The position numbers and the translations under genes were made by a program. A stretch of 64,000 bases of DNA from Opitutia bacterium. GTDB lineage: Bacteria > Verrucomicrobiota > Verrucomicrobiia > Opitutales > Opitutaceae. Of the stretch, positions 40,382 through 50,229 are shown piece by piece; position 1 is the stretch's first letter; each line of letters opens with the position of its first letter. The DNA is taken from assembly GCA_947478395.1 (NCBI GenBank), contig CANJVR010000001.1, positions 160,001 through 224,000 of the forward strand. The letters run 5' to 3'. The notes beneath the pieces were generated by a model that was not told where the DNA came from, searched no databases, and saw only the letters and a list, made by a program, of their open reading frames with translations.

Positions 40382-40409
40382 CCTACGAAACACACGAAAC
40401 CCACGAAAA
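40382..40409. repeat. Solo 3x10-nt arm (cacgaaaca type) upstream of ybbA start
   Basis: cctacgaaacacacgaaacccacgaaaa, 7 nt from the ATG. Confidence 0.7.
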
Positions 40410-40482
40410 GAAAGCCGGAGATGCCGATTGGTCCAAAAACACTACGAGCGGTCGACCCTCAACGGGCCGCGGAACCCCAGCC

Positions 40483-41142
40483 ATGAAACTTAACCGCCCT
40501 CTGCTGTTTTCCCTTTCGCTTTGTCTCGTGGGTTTCCTCCGTCCGCTAATCGCAGCCGACACCAAAACCATCGTGTTCTTCGGCGACAGTCTCACCGCCG
40601 GCTACGGTCTGGCCAGCGCCGCCACCGACGCTTTTCCCGCCCTCATTCAGGGAAAAATCGACGGGCTTCCAATCGCGCCGGACTCGCGGGTTCCCGCCGT
40701 AAATTGGCGTGTAGTCAACGCCGGTCTGAGCGGCGAAACCACTGCAGGCGGCCTCCGTCGGGTCGATTGGATCCTGCGCCAGCCCGTCGATATTTTCGTT
40801 CTGGCGTTGGGCGGCAACGACGGCCTCCGCGGCATCGATCCGGCGATATCCAAAAAAAATCTTCAGGCCCTGATTGACCGGGTGCACGCCCGATATCCCG
40901 CGGCGAAAATCGTGATCGCAGGCATGATGATGCCGGGCTTCATGGGCGAAGATTACGTGAAAGCGTTCGCCGCGATGTATCCCGCGCTCGCCGAACAAAA
41001 CCATCTGGACCTCATCCCATTTCTCCTCGACCGCGTAGGCGGGCACCAAAATCTCAACCAACCTGATGGTATCCATCCCACCGCCGCCGGCCACGCGATC
41101 GTCGCGGAAACGGTCTGGAACCACCTAAAACCGCTGCTGTGA
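40483..41142 (+). CDS. tesA: Arylesterase/acyl-CoA thioesterase I (SGNH)
   Basis: FFGDSLTAGYG, NAGLSGETT, LGGNDGLRG, DGIHP. Confidence 0.9.
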   Translation: MKLNRPLLFSLSLCLVGFLRPLIAADTKTIVFFGDSLTAGYGLASAATDAFPALIQGKIDGLPIAPDSRVPAVNWRVVNAGLSGETTAGGLRRVDWILRQPVDIFVLALGGNDGLRGIDPAISKKNLQALIDRVHARYPAAKIVIAGMMMPGFMGEDYVKAFAAMYPALAEQNHLDLIPFLLDRVGGHQNLNQPDGIHPTAAGHAIVAETVWNHLKPLL

Positions 41143-41387
41143 AATCCCTCCACGCCGCCCTCCTTCTACTGCTAACACCCTGCCTTTCCCGCGCATCAGG
41201 CCTGGCCCCGAATCGCACGACGACGGCGGTCTGGCAAATCAACGCCACCAACACAAACCGCGCCTCCGACACGATCAACTTCGCGCCGAATTCTTCTCCC
41301 GCTTTCAAGTTCCGTCCGCTCGGCACCGTACCCGTCAAAGGCCGCGCCGAGCCCGTGGAAATCTTCGCCGTTGATCAGACCGGGTAG
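41139..41387 (+). pseudogene. Chimeric remnant: signal peptide plus adenylate/guanylate cyclase-like C-terminal fragment
   Basis: FKFRPLGTVPVKGRAEPVEIFAV resembles class III cyclase C-termini; only 82 aa. Confidence 0.45.
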
Positions 41388-41500
41388 TACCAGAGCTTCG
41401 GCCCGCGTTCCGGAAAAAAACCGCGGGTGAAGCGGGGCTATCCGCCTCCAAAAACAATCTCGTTCCCTGCGCTTTCAGCCGGAAGGCTCCATTCCAACGC

Positions 41501-41998
41501 ATGAATGCCCCGAAGCTTCTCCACGTCGTCGTCGCCTGTGCGGAAAACCGCGTGATCGGCCGTGAGGGACGTCTGCCTTGGCGCATTCCGGAAGACGTCG
41601 CCCAATTTCACGCGCTCACCGCCGGCCAGACTGTCGTGATGGGCCCGCTTTGTTATAAAGGCTGGCCGCGCGCCCGCACCGAAGGGCGCCACCCGATCGT
41701 GATCACGCGCGATCGCACCGTCGCCCAGCCGGGCACCGACGTCGTTGCCTCACTCCACGACGCGCTCGTCCTCGCCGAGAAGCTGCCCGGCGCAATCATG
41801 ATCTGCGGCGGCGAACGGATCTACGCGGAATCGCTCGCTCTCGATCGCCCGATGCGTCTCCACCTCACCCTCGTGCACGCCACCCTCCCCGGCGATCGCT
41901 TCTTCCCCGATTGGCGAAATGGCTCTTGGCGTGAACTCAGCCGGCGCGAGAGCGCCGATGAGAACTTCCGGTATAGTTTTATCGAATTGGAAAAATAG
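41501..41998 (+). CDS. folA: Dihydrofolate reductase
   Basis: VACAENRVIG..GRLPWRIPED, VVMG, ICGGERIY, GDRFFP. Confidence 0.9.
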   Translation: MNAPKLLHVVVACAENRVIGREGRLPWRIPEDVAQFHALTAGQTVVMGPLCYKGWPRARTEGRHPIVITRDRTVAQPGTDVVASLHDALVLAEKLPGAIMICGGERIYAESLALDRPMRLHLTLVHATLPGDRFFPDWRNGSWRELSRRESADENFRYSFIELEK

Positions 41999-42034
41999 CG
42001 CGGCCCGAAACCGGACCTACAGGTCCCACCGCAT

Positions 42035-42577
42035 TTACCGAGATTTAAGGGCCGCGTGGGCCTTTGCCACCTCAACGTATTTTTCCGCCCATGGCTTCAG
42101 GCCTTTTATTTCCTCGGCGGTAAGTGGACGCACCACTTTGGCCGGCGAGCCGTAAACCATGGAGCCCGGCGGACACGTGAAACGCTGCGGCACGAGCGAG
42201 TTCGCGCCCACGATGCTCTGAGCGCCGATTTTCGCTCCGTCGAGGACCGTCGCCCCCATACCGATCAGGCATTCGTCCTCGATCGTGCAGGCGTGAATGA
42301 TCGCTGCGTGTCCGATTGTGCACCACGCCCCGATGTGCGCCCCAAGATCGTCGGCCAGATGCACGATCGCGTTGTCCTGAATATTCGTCCCCTCGCCCAC
42401 GCGGATTTCCTGGATGTCGCCGCGCAACACCGCGCCGTAGAAAACGCTGCTCGACGGACCCAACACGACATCGCCGACCACCGTGGCATTATCGGCGACG
42501 AAGAGCGCATGGCCTGTGTCGGGAGTTTTTCCGAGGTGAGACGCGAGCAGCAATTGGGTGTTCGTGATGGGATTCAT
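42035..42577 (-). CDS. Gamma-carbonic anhydrase family hexapeptide protein
   Basis: VVGDV.LG, AVLRGD, NIQDNAIVH, TIGHAAIIHAC, GSPAKVVR. Confidence 0.9.
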   Translation of the reverse strand: MNPITNTQLLLASHLGKTPDTGHALFVADNATVVGDVVLGPSSSVFYGAVLRGDIQEIRVGEGTNIQDNAIVHLADDLGAHIGAWCTIGHAAIIHACTIEDECLIGMGATVLDGAKIGAQSIVGANSLVPQRFTCPPGSMVYGSPAKVVRPLTAEEIKGLKPWAEKYVEVAKAHAALKSR

Positions 42578-43548
42578 TTTTCCTTCGAGTAAGGTAAGCC
42601 GATAACTTTGGGAGGATGCGCCTGACCGACGAATCCGGCGAGCAACAACACCGTGAGCGCATAGGGCAGCGCGAGAATGAACTGCACCGGCACGACACCC
42701 ACCAACGGCAGCGCGACGCCTTGCAGCCGGGTCGCAAGCGCATCGGTAAAAGCAAACAGCAAGCACGCCCCGAGCGTGGGCCACGGACGCCATTTGCCGA
42801 AAATCAACGCCGCGAGCGCGAGGTAACCTTTGCCCGCCGTCATGTCGCGGACAAAACCCGAATTCGCCGCCGTCGACAGGTACGCACCCGCGACGCCACA
42901 CAACACGCCGGAAATCGTCACCGCTTGGTAGCGCAATCGCGTCACGGAAATTCCAGCCGTGTCGACCGCGTGCGGATTCTCGCCAACGGCGCGCAACCGC
43001 AGCCCGAAACGCGTGCGAAACAGGATCCACGCACTCAACGGTACCAGCCCGCCCGCGAGGTAAACCACGAGGTTGTGCCCGCTCAAAAGTTCCGCGTAGA
43101 GCAACCCGGGGAAAGGCGCCTCCCGTGCCGTCTGCGCCCACGGCAGCATCACCGCCGTGAAACGCTGGCCCGGCGCATCGAGCTGCGGCGTTTGTCCGCC
43201 GAGGTTAAACCACGCGAGCCCAAGGGTCGGCGCGAGCCCGACGACGATAATCGTCACTGCCATGCCGGCGACGACTTGGTTGCCGCGATGCGTAATGCAC
43301 GCGAACCCGATCAACCACGCCAGCAAAACGCCGGTGGCGATGCCCGCCCCCAAACCGAACCAAGCCGAACCCGTCGTCGCTGAAACCGCAGCCGCAGCGA
43401 AGGCCGCGCCGAGCATTTTCCCTTCGAGGCCAAGATCGATCACGCCCGAACGCTCCGAAAACAGTCCCGCGAGCGCCGCCAGCAGCAGCGGCGTCGCCAC
43501 GCGTATCGTGGCGGCGAGCAAGAGGACGATCAGCGTGTAGGTTTCCAT
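42574..43548 (-). CDS. Nucleoside ABC permease (NupC/YufQ type)
   Basis: SERSGVIDLGLEGKML, GLRLRAVGENP, GKGYLALAALIFGKW. Confidence 0.9.
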   Translation of the reverse strand: METYTLIVLLLAATIRVATPLLLAALAGLFSERSGVIDLGLEGKMLGAAFAAAAVSATTGSAWFGLGAGIATGVLLAWLIGFACITHRGNQVVAGMAVTIIVVGLAPTLGLAWFNLGGQTPQLDAPGQRFTAVMLPWAQTAREAPFPGLLYAELLSGHNLVVYLAGGLVPLSAWILFRTRFGLRLRAVGENPHAVDTAGISVTRLRYQAVTISGVLCGVAGAYLSTAANSGFVRDMTAGKGYLALAALIFGKWRPWPTLGACLLFAFTDALATRLQGVALPLVGVVPVQFILALPYALTVLLLAGFVGQAHPPKVIGLPYSKEK

Positions 43549-43657
43549 CGTCAGAGAGAGCGCCCGAGGCCGCGCGCGTTAACCCTCACGCACCGGTGCG
43601 ACGGGGTCGGAGCCTTACGCGGCGGATTAAGAATCATCCACCCTAACCTTAATGTCT

Positions 43658-44758
43658 TCATACCTTCACCCTCCGCGTCAGCACCGCCGCCAGCGGCCGC
43701 CGGAAAACATTTCCCAACGCCCCGCAAAAAAGGATCACGAGACCTTGGATCACGACGACCATATCCCGATTCACCCGCGGCATATCGAACGAGAGCTGCG
43801 ACCCGCCTTGGTACAACGCACCAAAAAGCACGGCCGCAAAAAAAATGCCGGCCGGATGATTTCTTCCCATCAACGCCACCGCGATGCCGACAAAGCCCGC
43901 CCCGCCCGGAAAATCCATCAGGATGCGATGCTGCGAACCCATCAATTCGTTGAGGCCGAGCCCGCCCGCCAGTGCCCCCGAAAGCAGCATCGCACCCAGC
44001 GTGATATTGGCGGGTTTGATCCCAGCATACACCGCCGCGGCCGGACTTTCCCCCACGACGCGCAGCGCGTAACCCCAGCGCGTGTGCCAGATCAAAACCC
44101 ACACGAACGCGGACGCCGCCAGCGCAAAAATGAACGCCAAATTAAACGGCGTCGCCGCAAACGTTACGCCCATTTTCGCGAGCAGTTCGTGCATCGCCGG
44201 CATCACCGCGTTGGCCGCGAACTCGCGCGTCTCGGGCGATTGCTGGCCGGGTTTGATCAGAACGTTGACCAGCAGGTAGGTCACCACCGCCGAAGCGATG
44301 AAGTTGAACATGATCGTCGTGATGACGATATGGCTGCCGCGTTTCCCCTGCAGCCAGCCCGGGATCAACGCCCAGGCCGCGCCACCGAACGCGCCCGCGA
44401 GCACGGCCAGCGGCAGCACCAGCCAGAACGACCACGTGCCGAACCAAAGACAGACCAGCCCGGTGCAAAGTCCCCCGATGTAGGCCTGGCCTTCGCCACC
44501 GATGTTGAAAAGCCCGGCGTGGTAGGCGACCGCCACTGCGAGCCCGGTGAACATAAAATTGGTCGCGTAATAAAGCGTGTAGCCAACTCCTTCCTGCGAG
44601 CCGAGCGAGCCCGCGGCCATGAGTTTGAGCGCGGCCCACGGACTCTCGCCGAGCAGAAGGATGATCGCGCCCGAGACCAGCAACGCCGCGAGCAAGTTCA
44701 CGACGGGCAACAGCGCGAGTTCCGCCCAGCGCGGGAGTTTGGCCGGAGAGCTCATCAC
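43658..44758 (-). CDS. Nucleoside ABC permease (NupB/YufP type)
   Basis: AGLFNIGGEGQ, HIVITTIMFNFIA, GFVGIAVALMGRNHP. Confidence 0.9.
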   Translation of the reverse strand: MMSSPAKLPRWAELALLPVVNLLAALLVSGAIILLLGESPWAALKLMAAGSLGSQEGVGYTLYYATNFMFTGLAVAVAYHAGLFNIGGEGQAYIGGLCTGLVCLWFGTWSFWLVLPLAVLAGAFGGAAWALIPGWLQGKRGSHIVITTIMFNFIASAVVTYLLVNVLIKPGQQSPETREFAANAVMPAMHELLAKMGVTFAATPFNLAFIFALAASAFVWVLIWHTRWGYALRVVGESPAAAVYAGIKPANITLGAMLLSGALAGGLGLNELMGSQHRILMDFPGGAGFVGIAVALMGRNHPAGIFFAAVLFGALYQGGSQLSFDMPRVNRDMVVVIQGLVILFCGALGNVFRRPLAAVLTRRVKV

Positions 44759-44837
44759 CTGAGCGCGCCGCCGCCCTCGGCCGAGATGGTAAATTCCGGA
44801 AATGACCGGGCGCAGGCGCGCTCTCGCCGGATCGCCT

Positions 44838-46364
44838 TCATCCGCGTCCCTCCCCTTTCACACCCGCCATCATCAACCCGACTTTCCCCTCGGTCGCCTC
44901 ATCGCCCGATAGCTCGCCCACGAGTTCGCCGCCGGCCAGCACAAGGATACGATCAGCGAGGCCCAGAATCTCATCGAGCTCGACCGAAACGACGAGCAAC
45001 GCTTTGCCGGCATCGCGCAGCGCGATGAGTTTTTTGTGGATAAACTCAATCGCACCAATATCGACGCCGCGCGTCGGCTGGCCAATCAGCAGCACGCGCG
45101 GGTCGGAATCGATTTCGCGGGCCAGCACGAGCTTCTGCTGGTTGCCGCCCGAAAACGCACCGAGGCGCAACGCGGGATTCGGCGGGCGCACATCGTGCCC
45201 GCGCATTTTCTGCTCACAGTCAGCGAGGATCGCCGCGCCATTCATCAGCAGTCCGCGCTGAAACGCCGGAGCGTCGTGATAGCCAAGGATCGCGTTGTCC
45301 TGCGCCGAAAACTGCGCGACCACCCCGAGGCGAAGCCGGTCCTCGGGCACGTGCGCAAGCCCCAGCCGCCGACGCTCGTGCGGACCAAGCTCCTCGCGCA
45401 CCAGCGCGCGCCCGCCCAGCGTGATCTCGCCCTGATCGGGCCGGCGGATACCCGCCAAAACTTCCAACAGCTCCGACTGCCCGTTGCCCGCGACGCCCGC
45501 GATGCCGACGATTTCGCCCGCGCGCAAATCGAGGCTCACGCCCTTAAGGCGTAAGACGCCCAACCGGTCACGCACCTCCAAGTCGCGGCCCGAAAGAACG
45601 ACCTCACCCGGCCGGGCCGGCGTTTTCTCCACCTTTAGCAGCACAGAACGACCGACCATCTGTTCGGCGAGCGCGCGCGGCGACGTTTCCGCCGTGGCCG
45701 TTTCATGCACGATCGCGCCCTGTCGCATCACGGTCACGCGGTCGGTGATCGCCATGATCTCGCGCAATTTGTGCGTCACGAGAATAACGGCTTTCCCTTC
45801 CGCGCGCAGCCGCGCCAGCATTTTGAAAAATTGATCCGTCTCCTGCGGTGTGAGCACCGCCGTCGGTTCATCGAGAATGAGAATGTCCGCGCCGCGGTGC
45901 AGCGCCTTCAAAATTTCCACCCGCTGCTGCAGACCGACCGGCAGTTCGGAAACGACGGTGTCGAGCGGCACATCGAGACCGTAGTCACGCGCCAGCCGTT
46001 CCAATGCCGTGCGCGCCCGTGCTAGCCCACCGGCGAGTCGCGCTCCGCCTTCGACCCCGAGAATCACGTTTTCCAGCACCGTGAAATTTTCCACGAGCAT
46101 GAAATGCTGGTGGACCATGCCAATGCCCGCGGCAATCGCGGCCTGTGGCGTGCGGATGTCGACCGGCTGGCCATGGACGAAAATTTTTCCCGCATCGGCC
46201 GGATGAAAACCGTAAACGATATTCATCAGCGTCGATTTGCCCGCACCGTTTTCACCGATCAGCCCGTGAATGCTGCCGGCCGCGACCGAGAACGAAACGG
46301 AACGATTAGCATGCACGGCACCGAAGCGTTTATCGATGCCGCGAAGCTCGAGCGCCGGGGACAC
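44838..46364 (-). CDS. Nucleoside ABC ATP-binding protein (start uncertain)
   Basis: GENGAGKST, GMVHQHF, DEPTAVL, GVAGNGQ, SGGNQQK, QPTRGVD. Confidence 0.9.
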   Translation of the reverse strand: MSPALELRGIDKRFGAVHANRSVSFSVAAGSIHGLIGENGAGKSTLMNIVYGFHPADAGKIFVHGQPVDIRTPQAAIAAGIGMVHQHFMLVENFTVLENVILGVEGGARLAGGLARARTALERLARDYGLDVPLDTVVSELPVGLQQRVEILKALHRGADILILDEPTAVLTPQETDQFFKMLARLRAEGKAVILVTHKLREIMAITDRVTVMRQGAIVHETATAETSPRALAEQMVGRSVLLKVEKTPARPGEVVLSGRDLEVRDRLGVLRLKGVSLDLRAGEIVGIAGVAGNGQSELLEVLAGIRRPDQGEITLGGRALVREELGPHERRRLGLAHVPEDRLRLGVVAQFSAQDNAILGYHDAPAFQRGLLMNGAAILADCEQKMRGHDVRPPNPALRLGAFSGGNQQKLVLAREIDSDPRVLLIGQPTRGVDIGAIEFIHKKLIALRDAGKALLVVSVELDEILGLADRILVLAGGELVGELSGDEATEGKVGLMMAGVKGEGRG

Positions 46365-46627
46365 CGAGGACGTTTCCCGATTTTCAACCACGAGGTGAAA
46401 CGGTTGAGGGCGCCGATGCGGAAAGCGAAAACAAATCGCGATCGCCGCAAAATTCCACGGAAATTTGGCCACGAAAAGGCATCAGACTTTCTCCGATGCT
46501 GCGGCCGGCGGAAGAGGCAGACAGAAGGAGCGGCAATCTTGGCGCCTCGGCGCGGCCAAACCTCCGGTCCGCCGCATCGACGCGAAACCCTAAACTCCAA
46601 ACTCGAAACTCTAGCGCTCGATGGCCG

Positions 46628-47647
46628 CTACGGCGCCTTGTACTCGGATACTTTGAGTTTCCCGGAAATGATGTCGGCCTTCGCCGCGTTCAAGCGCTGC
46701 TCGATGGCAGGCGTGACGAGCGCGCGGTTGAATTCATCGATCGAGTAATCGACGCCCTGGTCGGACAGCCCGAGGACAAACTGGCCTGGTTTCCACGAGC
46801 CGCTTCTCGCGTCGGCGAACGCCTTGTAGACGGCGACATCGACGCGTTTGATCGCGGACGTCAGGACGCTGCCCGGATGCAGATAGTCCTGATTGCTATC
46901 ACACCCGATACTGAGCTTGCCGGCGTCCTTTGCCGCCTGCATCACGCCCAATCCCGTTGCGCCCGCAGCGTGAAATACCACGTCGGCGCCGCGCCCAAAC
47001 TGACTCTTCGCCAGCTCGGCGCCCTTGGCCGGATCGCCCCAGGCGGCGGGCGTGGAGCCGGTCATGTTTTGAAACACTTCCACGTCCGCCTTCACGTATT
47101 TTGCGCCTTCGGTGTAGCCCAGCGCGAATTTGCGGATAAGCGGGATATCCATGCCGCCGATAAAACCGATTTTTCCCGTTTTCGAAACGAGCGCGGCCGC
47201 CATGCCGCAAAGAAACGAGGATTCCTGTTCGCGAAAATTGACCGACTGGACGTTGGGCAGGTCGACGACGGCGTCGATGATGACGAACTTCACCTCGGGA
47301 AATTGTTTCGCGACCTTCTCGACGGCGGACGCCTGGGTGAAGCCCACGGCAACGATCACGGTGGCGCCGCGTTTGGCGAGCTGCGCCATCGCCTGTTCGC
47401 GTTGAGCGGCGTTGGTGATTTCGAATTCACGGAAGGCGACGCCGGAATCTTTTTTAAACCGTTCGGCGCCTTCACTGGCGGATTGGTTGAAGGAGCGGTC
47501 AAACTTGCCGCCGAAATCGTAAACGATCGCCGGTGCGAACGCCTGGTCCGCCGCGCGACCGATCGGCGCAAAAAAAGCCGCGACGCCAAAGGCGCACGCG
47601 GCAAAGGAAAGAAGGCGACCGAACGAGATCAAAGGGGTGGTTTCCAT
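46628..47647 (-). CDS. BMP family nucleoside-binding protein
   Basis: GGKFDRSFN, FREQESSFL, ADVVFHAAGATGLG, SAIKRVD. Confidence 0.9.
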   Translation of the reverse strand: METTPLISFGRLLSFAACAFGVAAFFAPIGRAADQAFAPAIVYDFGGKFDRSFNQSASEGAERFKKDSGVAFREFEITNAAQREQAMAQLAKRGATVIVAVGFTQASAVEKVAKQFPEVKFVIIDAVVDLPNVQSVNFREQESSFLCGMAAALVSKTGKIGFIGGMDIPLIRKFALGYTEGAKYVKADVEVFQNMTGSTPAAWGDPAKGAELAKSQFGRGADVVFHAAGATGLGVMQAAKDAGKLSIGCDSNQDYLHPGSVLTSAIKRVDVAVYKAFADARSGSWKPGQFVLGLSDQGVDYSIDEFNRALVTPAIEQRLNAAKADIISGKLKVSEYKAP

Positions 47648-47734
47648 ACGGTGGCGTTCACGCTGCAAGAATCGGAGCAAGGTTCAATCGCGCAGACGCG
47701 TTTTTCGCCGGCGACGCGCGCCAAACATCAAAGC

Positions 47735-48109
47735 CTACTTCTTATACCAATCGCCGCTGTCTTTCTGGATCCAAACACCGGCGGCGCTGCTGGCCGCCAG
47801 CTGTTTCGCGCGGGCCCGGGCAACGGTTTCAGGGGAAGAGCCCGTCTGCTTGGCCAACGCGGCGTACACCGCTTCACGATCGCGATTCTCAGCTGCGACG
47901 ACATCGCCGGCTTCCGCATTGCTCCCGCGCAACTCAACCAAGCCACGGTTATTTTCGCCGATAGCGCCCTGACTTTTAAGGGCATCGAGTTTGGACAAGC
48001 GCTGATCCATGCGCGCTTTAATCGCGCCCAGATCCTGGCCTTGGGACGGAGCGATACCGAACACCAGCGCGGTCATTAAAAGGACGAGACGGAGAAAATT
48101 CGTTTTCAT
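47735..48109 (-). CDS. YdbL/DUF1318 family protein
   Basis: LKSQGAIGENNRG, AENRDREAVY, GVWIQ..G.W. Confidence 0.85.
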   Translation of the reverse strand: MKTNFLRLVLLMTALVFGIAPSQGQDLGAIKARMDQRLSKLDALKSQGAIGENNRGLVELRGSNAEAGDVVAAENRDREAVYAALAKQTGSSPETVARARAKQLAASSAAGVWIQKDSGDWYKK

Positions 48110-48114
48110 GGGAT

Positions 48115-48309
48115 TCAGGGTTTGGCGGAATTAACCGGGGAAGCGATGGAGGCCGATTTCTTGTCGAGATCGCCAAAGAAATCGCCGAGCGCCTGGTCGA
48201 CCTTGACGTTCACGTCGAGGGTCGCGTGAACCTCGATGGGTTCGAGTTTCACATTGATGCAACCGGCTAGGAAAACAGCGCAGCTAAAAAGTAGAAAAAC
48301 ACGAGGCAT
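48115..48309 (-). CDS. YnbE-like small lipoprotein
   Basis: Lipobox LAGC, EPIEVHATLDVNVKVD; adjacent to ydbL. Confidence 0.75.
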   Translation of the reverse strand: MPRVFLLFSCAVFLAGCINVKLEPIEVHATLDVNVKVDQALGDFFGDLDKKSASIASPVNSAKP

Positions 48310-48460
48310 CGCAAAAAGGGGTACCGCTCGGACTGCGCGTGGCAACGAAAGTTTCAAAATGCGGCGCCCAACTGACGCCCGATCGTGGAACCTCGCAGCT
48401 CAGCGCGGAGGGTCGCGCGGCGCGAGCAGCACAAAAAGCGCGGCACATGAGATAGGTCCG

Positions 48461-48552
48461 AAGATAAGGCGGGTAGCCTTAATCCGCCGCTTCAAGGCCG
48501 CTTATCCGAGTGAGCACCGCCAAACGGGCCCGTTAAACGTAACGCGCCCTAC
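48461..48552. repeat. Degenerate REP-like pair
   Basis: ggcgggtagccttaatccgccgc ... cccgttaaacgtaacgcgccctac; ttaatccgccgc also present reversed at ~43619. Confidence 0.45.
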
Positions 48553-48566
48553 CGTTCAGACCCACG

Positions 48567-49871
48567 CTAGGGCTTGGGCGCCGCGGCCGCCGGCAACACA
48601 AAATCCTTGCCGTTCACTTTCACGTTTTTCAGCACCAGGTTTTCGACCTTACCCAACGCGAGCCGATCGTCGGCGAGAGTGAGATCAATGTTTTCCAACG
48701 TGATATTGCTGATCGTGCTTTTCTCGTGCCCACCGAGGGCGCCAAGCGTGCGAAATTGACCGCTGACGTTTCGAATCGTGACCCCGTTGACCGTCGACAT
48801 TGGCGGCGGCTGACCCTTCAAATCGAAAAACTGAGACCACGGCGCGACGTTCATGATGCGGCCACCGCCGCCGCTCACCTTGATGTTCTCGATCAGAATA
48901 TTTTCGTAGTGCTGGGGAGTGTCGGGCCGAAGCTTGAGCGTCAGCAACGTGGCTCGCCCGGAGATCACGTTATTGCGCGCGGTGACGTTGCGTACGGTGG
49001 TCGCCTCGCTGCCGCAGGTGATCATGCCGTTACCGTCGCCGAATTCACAGTCCTCGATCAAAATATTTTCGACCGGCGGGCTGTCTTTGTCGTTCGCGGC
49101 AAACGGACCCTTGCTGCCTTTCAACGCGACGTTGTCGTCGTTGCACGAAATGTAGCACTTCCGGATGGTGACGTTTTGGGAACTGTCGATGTCCATGCCA
49201 TCCGTGCTCGGCCCGCGCAGCGCGGCGGTGACGCTCGGGACGGTGATGCGCACGCCTTCGACCACGACATCGCGGCAATTGTAGATGTGAAGATTCCAGA
49301 AACCGGAATCTTGGAGCGAAATGCCTTCGATGCGTACGTCGCGGCAACGGTCGATAAACATCAGGCGAGGACGCTCGACTTCGAGGTTGGTGCATTTCGG
49401 ATTTTCCCGGCGCCGTTGCCAGAAGGCTTCCCAGTAGACCGGGCCGCTACCATCCAGCTTGCCCTTGCCGGTGATGCGCACGCGATCCATGCCCTGCGCG
49501 TTTACGAGCGCCATGCGCCACGGTTCAAAGTGACCTTCGATGCGGGTTTCGCGCTTCGGGTAATCCTCGATTTGCTTCGAGCCGAGCAGCACCGCGCCTT
49601 CCGCGAGATAGAGTTCGACGCCAGATTTTAGAAAAATTGAACCACTGCGAAAAACACCCGTCGGGATCTCGACCACGCCGCCGCCCGCCGCACTGGCCGT
49701 GTCGATCGCTTTCTGGATGGCTGCGGTGTTTAGCGTCACGCCGCCCGCTTCCGCGCCGAACTCAGCGATCGAGTAATGTTTCGCCGCAGCCGCCGCGAAC
49801 GCGGACGGCGGCATGGCCGCGGCAATAAGAACGATCAGGGCAGCAGTGAAGGGACGGAAACCGCAGGGCAT
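48567..49871 (-). CDS. GH28 polygalacturonase/rhamnogalacturonase
   Basis: AIQKAID, LKSGVEL, STDGMDIDSS, CNDDNVALKG, CGSE. Confidence 0.88.
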   Translation of the reverse strand: MPCGFRPFTAALIVLIAAAMPPSAFAAAAAKHYSIAEFGAEAGGVTLNTAAIQKAIDTASAAGGGVVEIPTGVFRSGSIFLKSGVELYLAEGAVLLGSKQIEDYPKRETRIEGHFEPWRMALVNAQGMDRVRITGKGKLDGSGPVYWEAFWQRRRENPKCTNLEVERPRLMFIDRCRDVRIEGISLQDSGFWNLHIYNCRDVVVEGVRITVPSVTAALRGPSTDGMDIDSSQNVTIRKCYISCNDDNVALKGSKGPFAANDKDSPPVENILIEDCEFGDGNGMITCGSEATTVRNVTARNNVISGRATLLTLKLRPDTPQHYENILIENIKVSGGGGRIMNVAPWSQFFDLKGQPPPMSTVNGVTIRNVSGQFRTLGALGGHEKSTISNITLENIDLTLADDRLALGKVENLVLKNVKVNGKDFVLPAAAAPKP

Positions 49872-49984
49872 AGGAGTGAAGGGGTTGATTAAAATCAGGA
49901 CACAAGCCTTCCCGTTTACAGTCACGCGGGAATCGGACAGTGGAATTTGAGTCTACCACCTGTCCCAATCAGGTCCGGCCGGTC

Positions 49985-50165
49985 GCACCAGCAAGCGGTC
50001 CGCGAGGTAAATCGATTCCTCGATGCCATGCGCGACGCAGACGATGGTTTTCCGGAACTCAGCCCAGATGCGAAGCAACTCGTGTTGCAACGAGCGACGG
50101 GTGAGCGCATCGAGCGTGTGGAACGGTTAATCTACGAGCAGAACGGGTAAATCCAACGGCAGCGC
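49985..50165 (-). pseudogene. Fragment of a nitrate/sulfonate/taurine ABC ATPase
   Basis: VLLVD*PFHTLDALTRRSLQHELLRIWAEFRKTIVCVAHGIEESIYLADRLLV; Walker B Glu replaced by TAA at 50127-50129. Confidence 0.8.
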
Positions 50166-50229
50166 GGAACCAGCTCGTGGGATGGAGGCAGATTGCGGCG
50201 GATTTTTGGATCCAGGCGACGCGTTTTCC

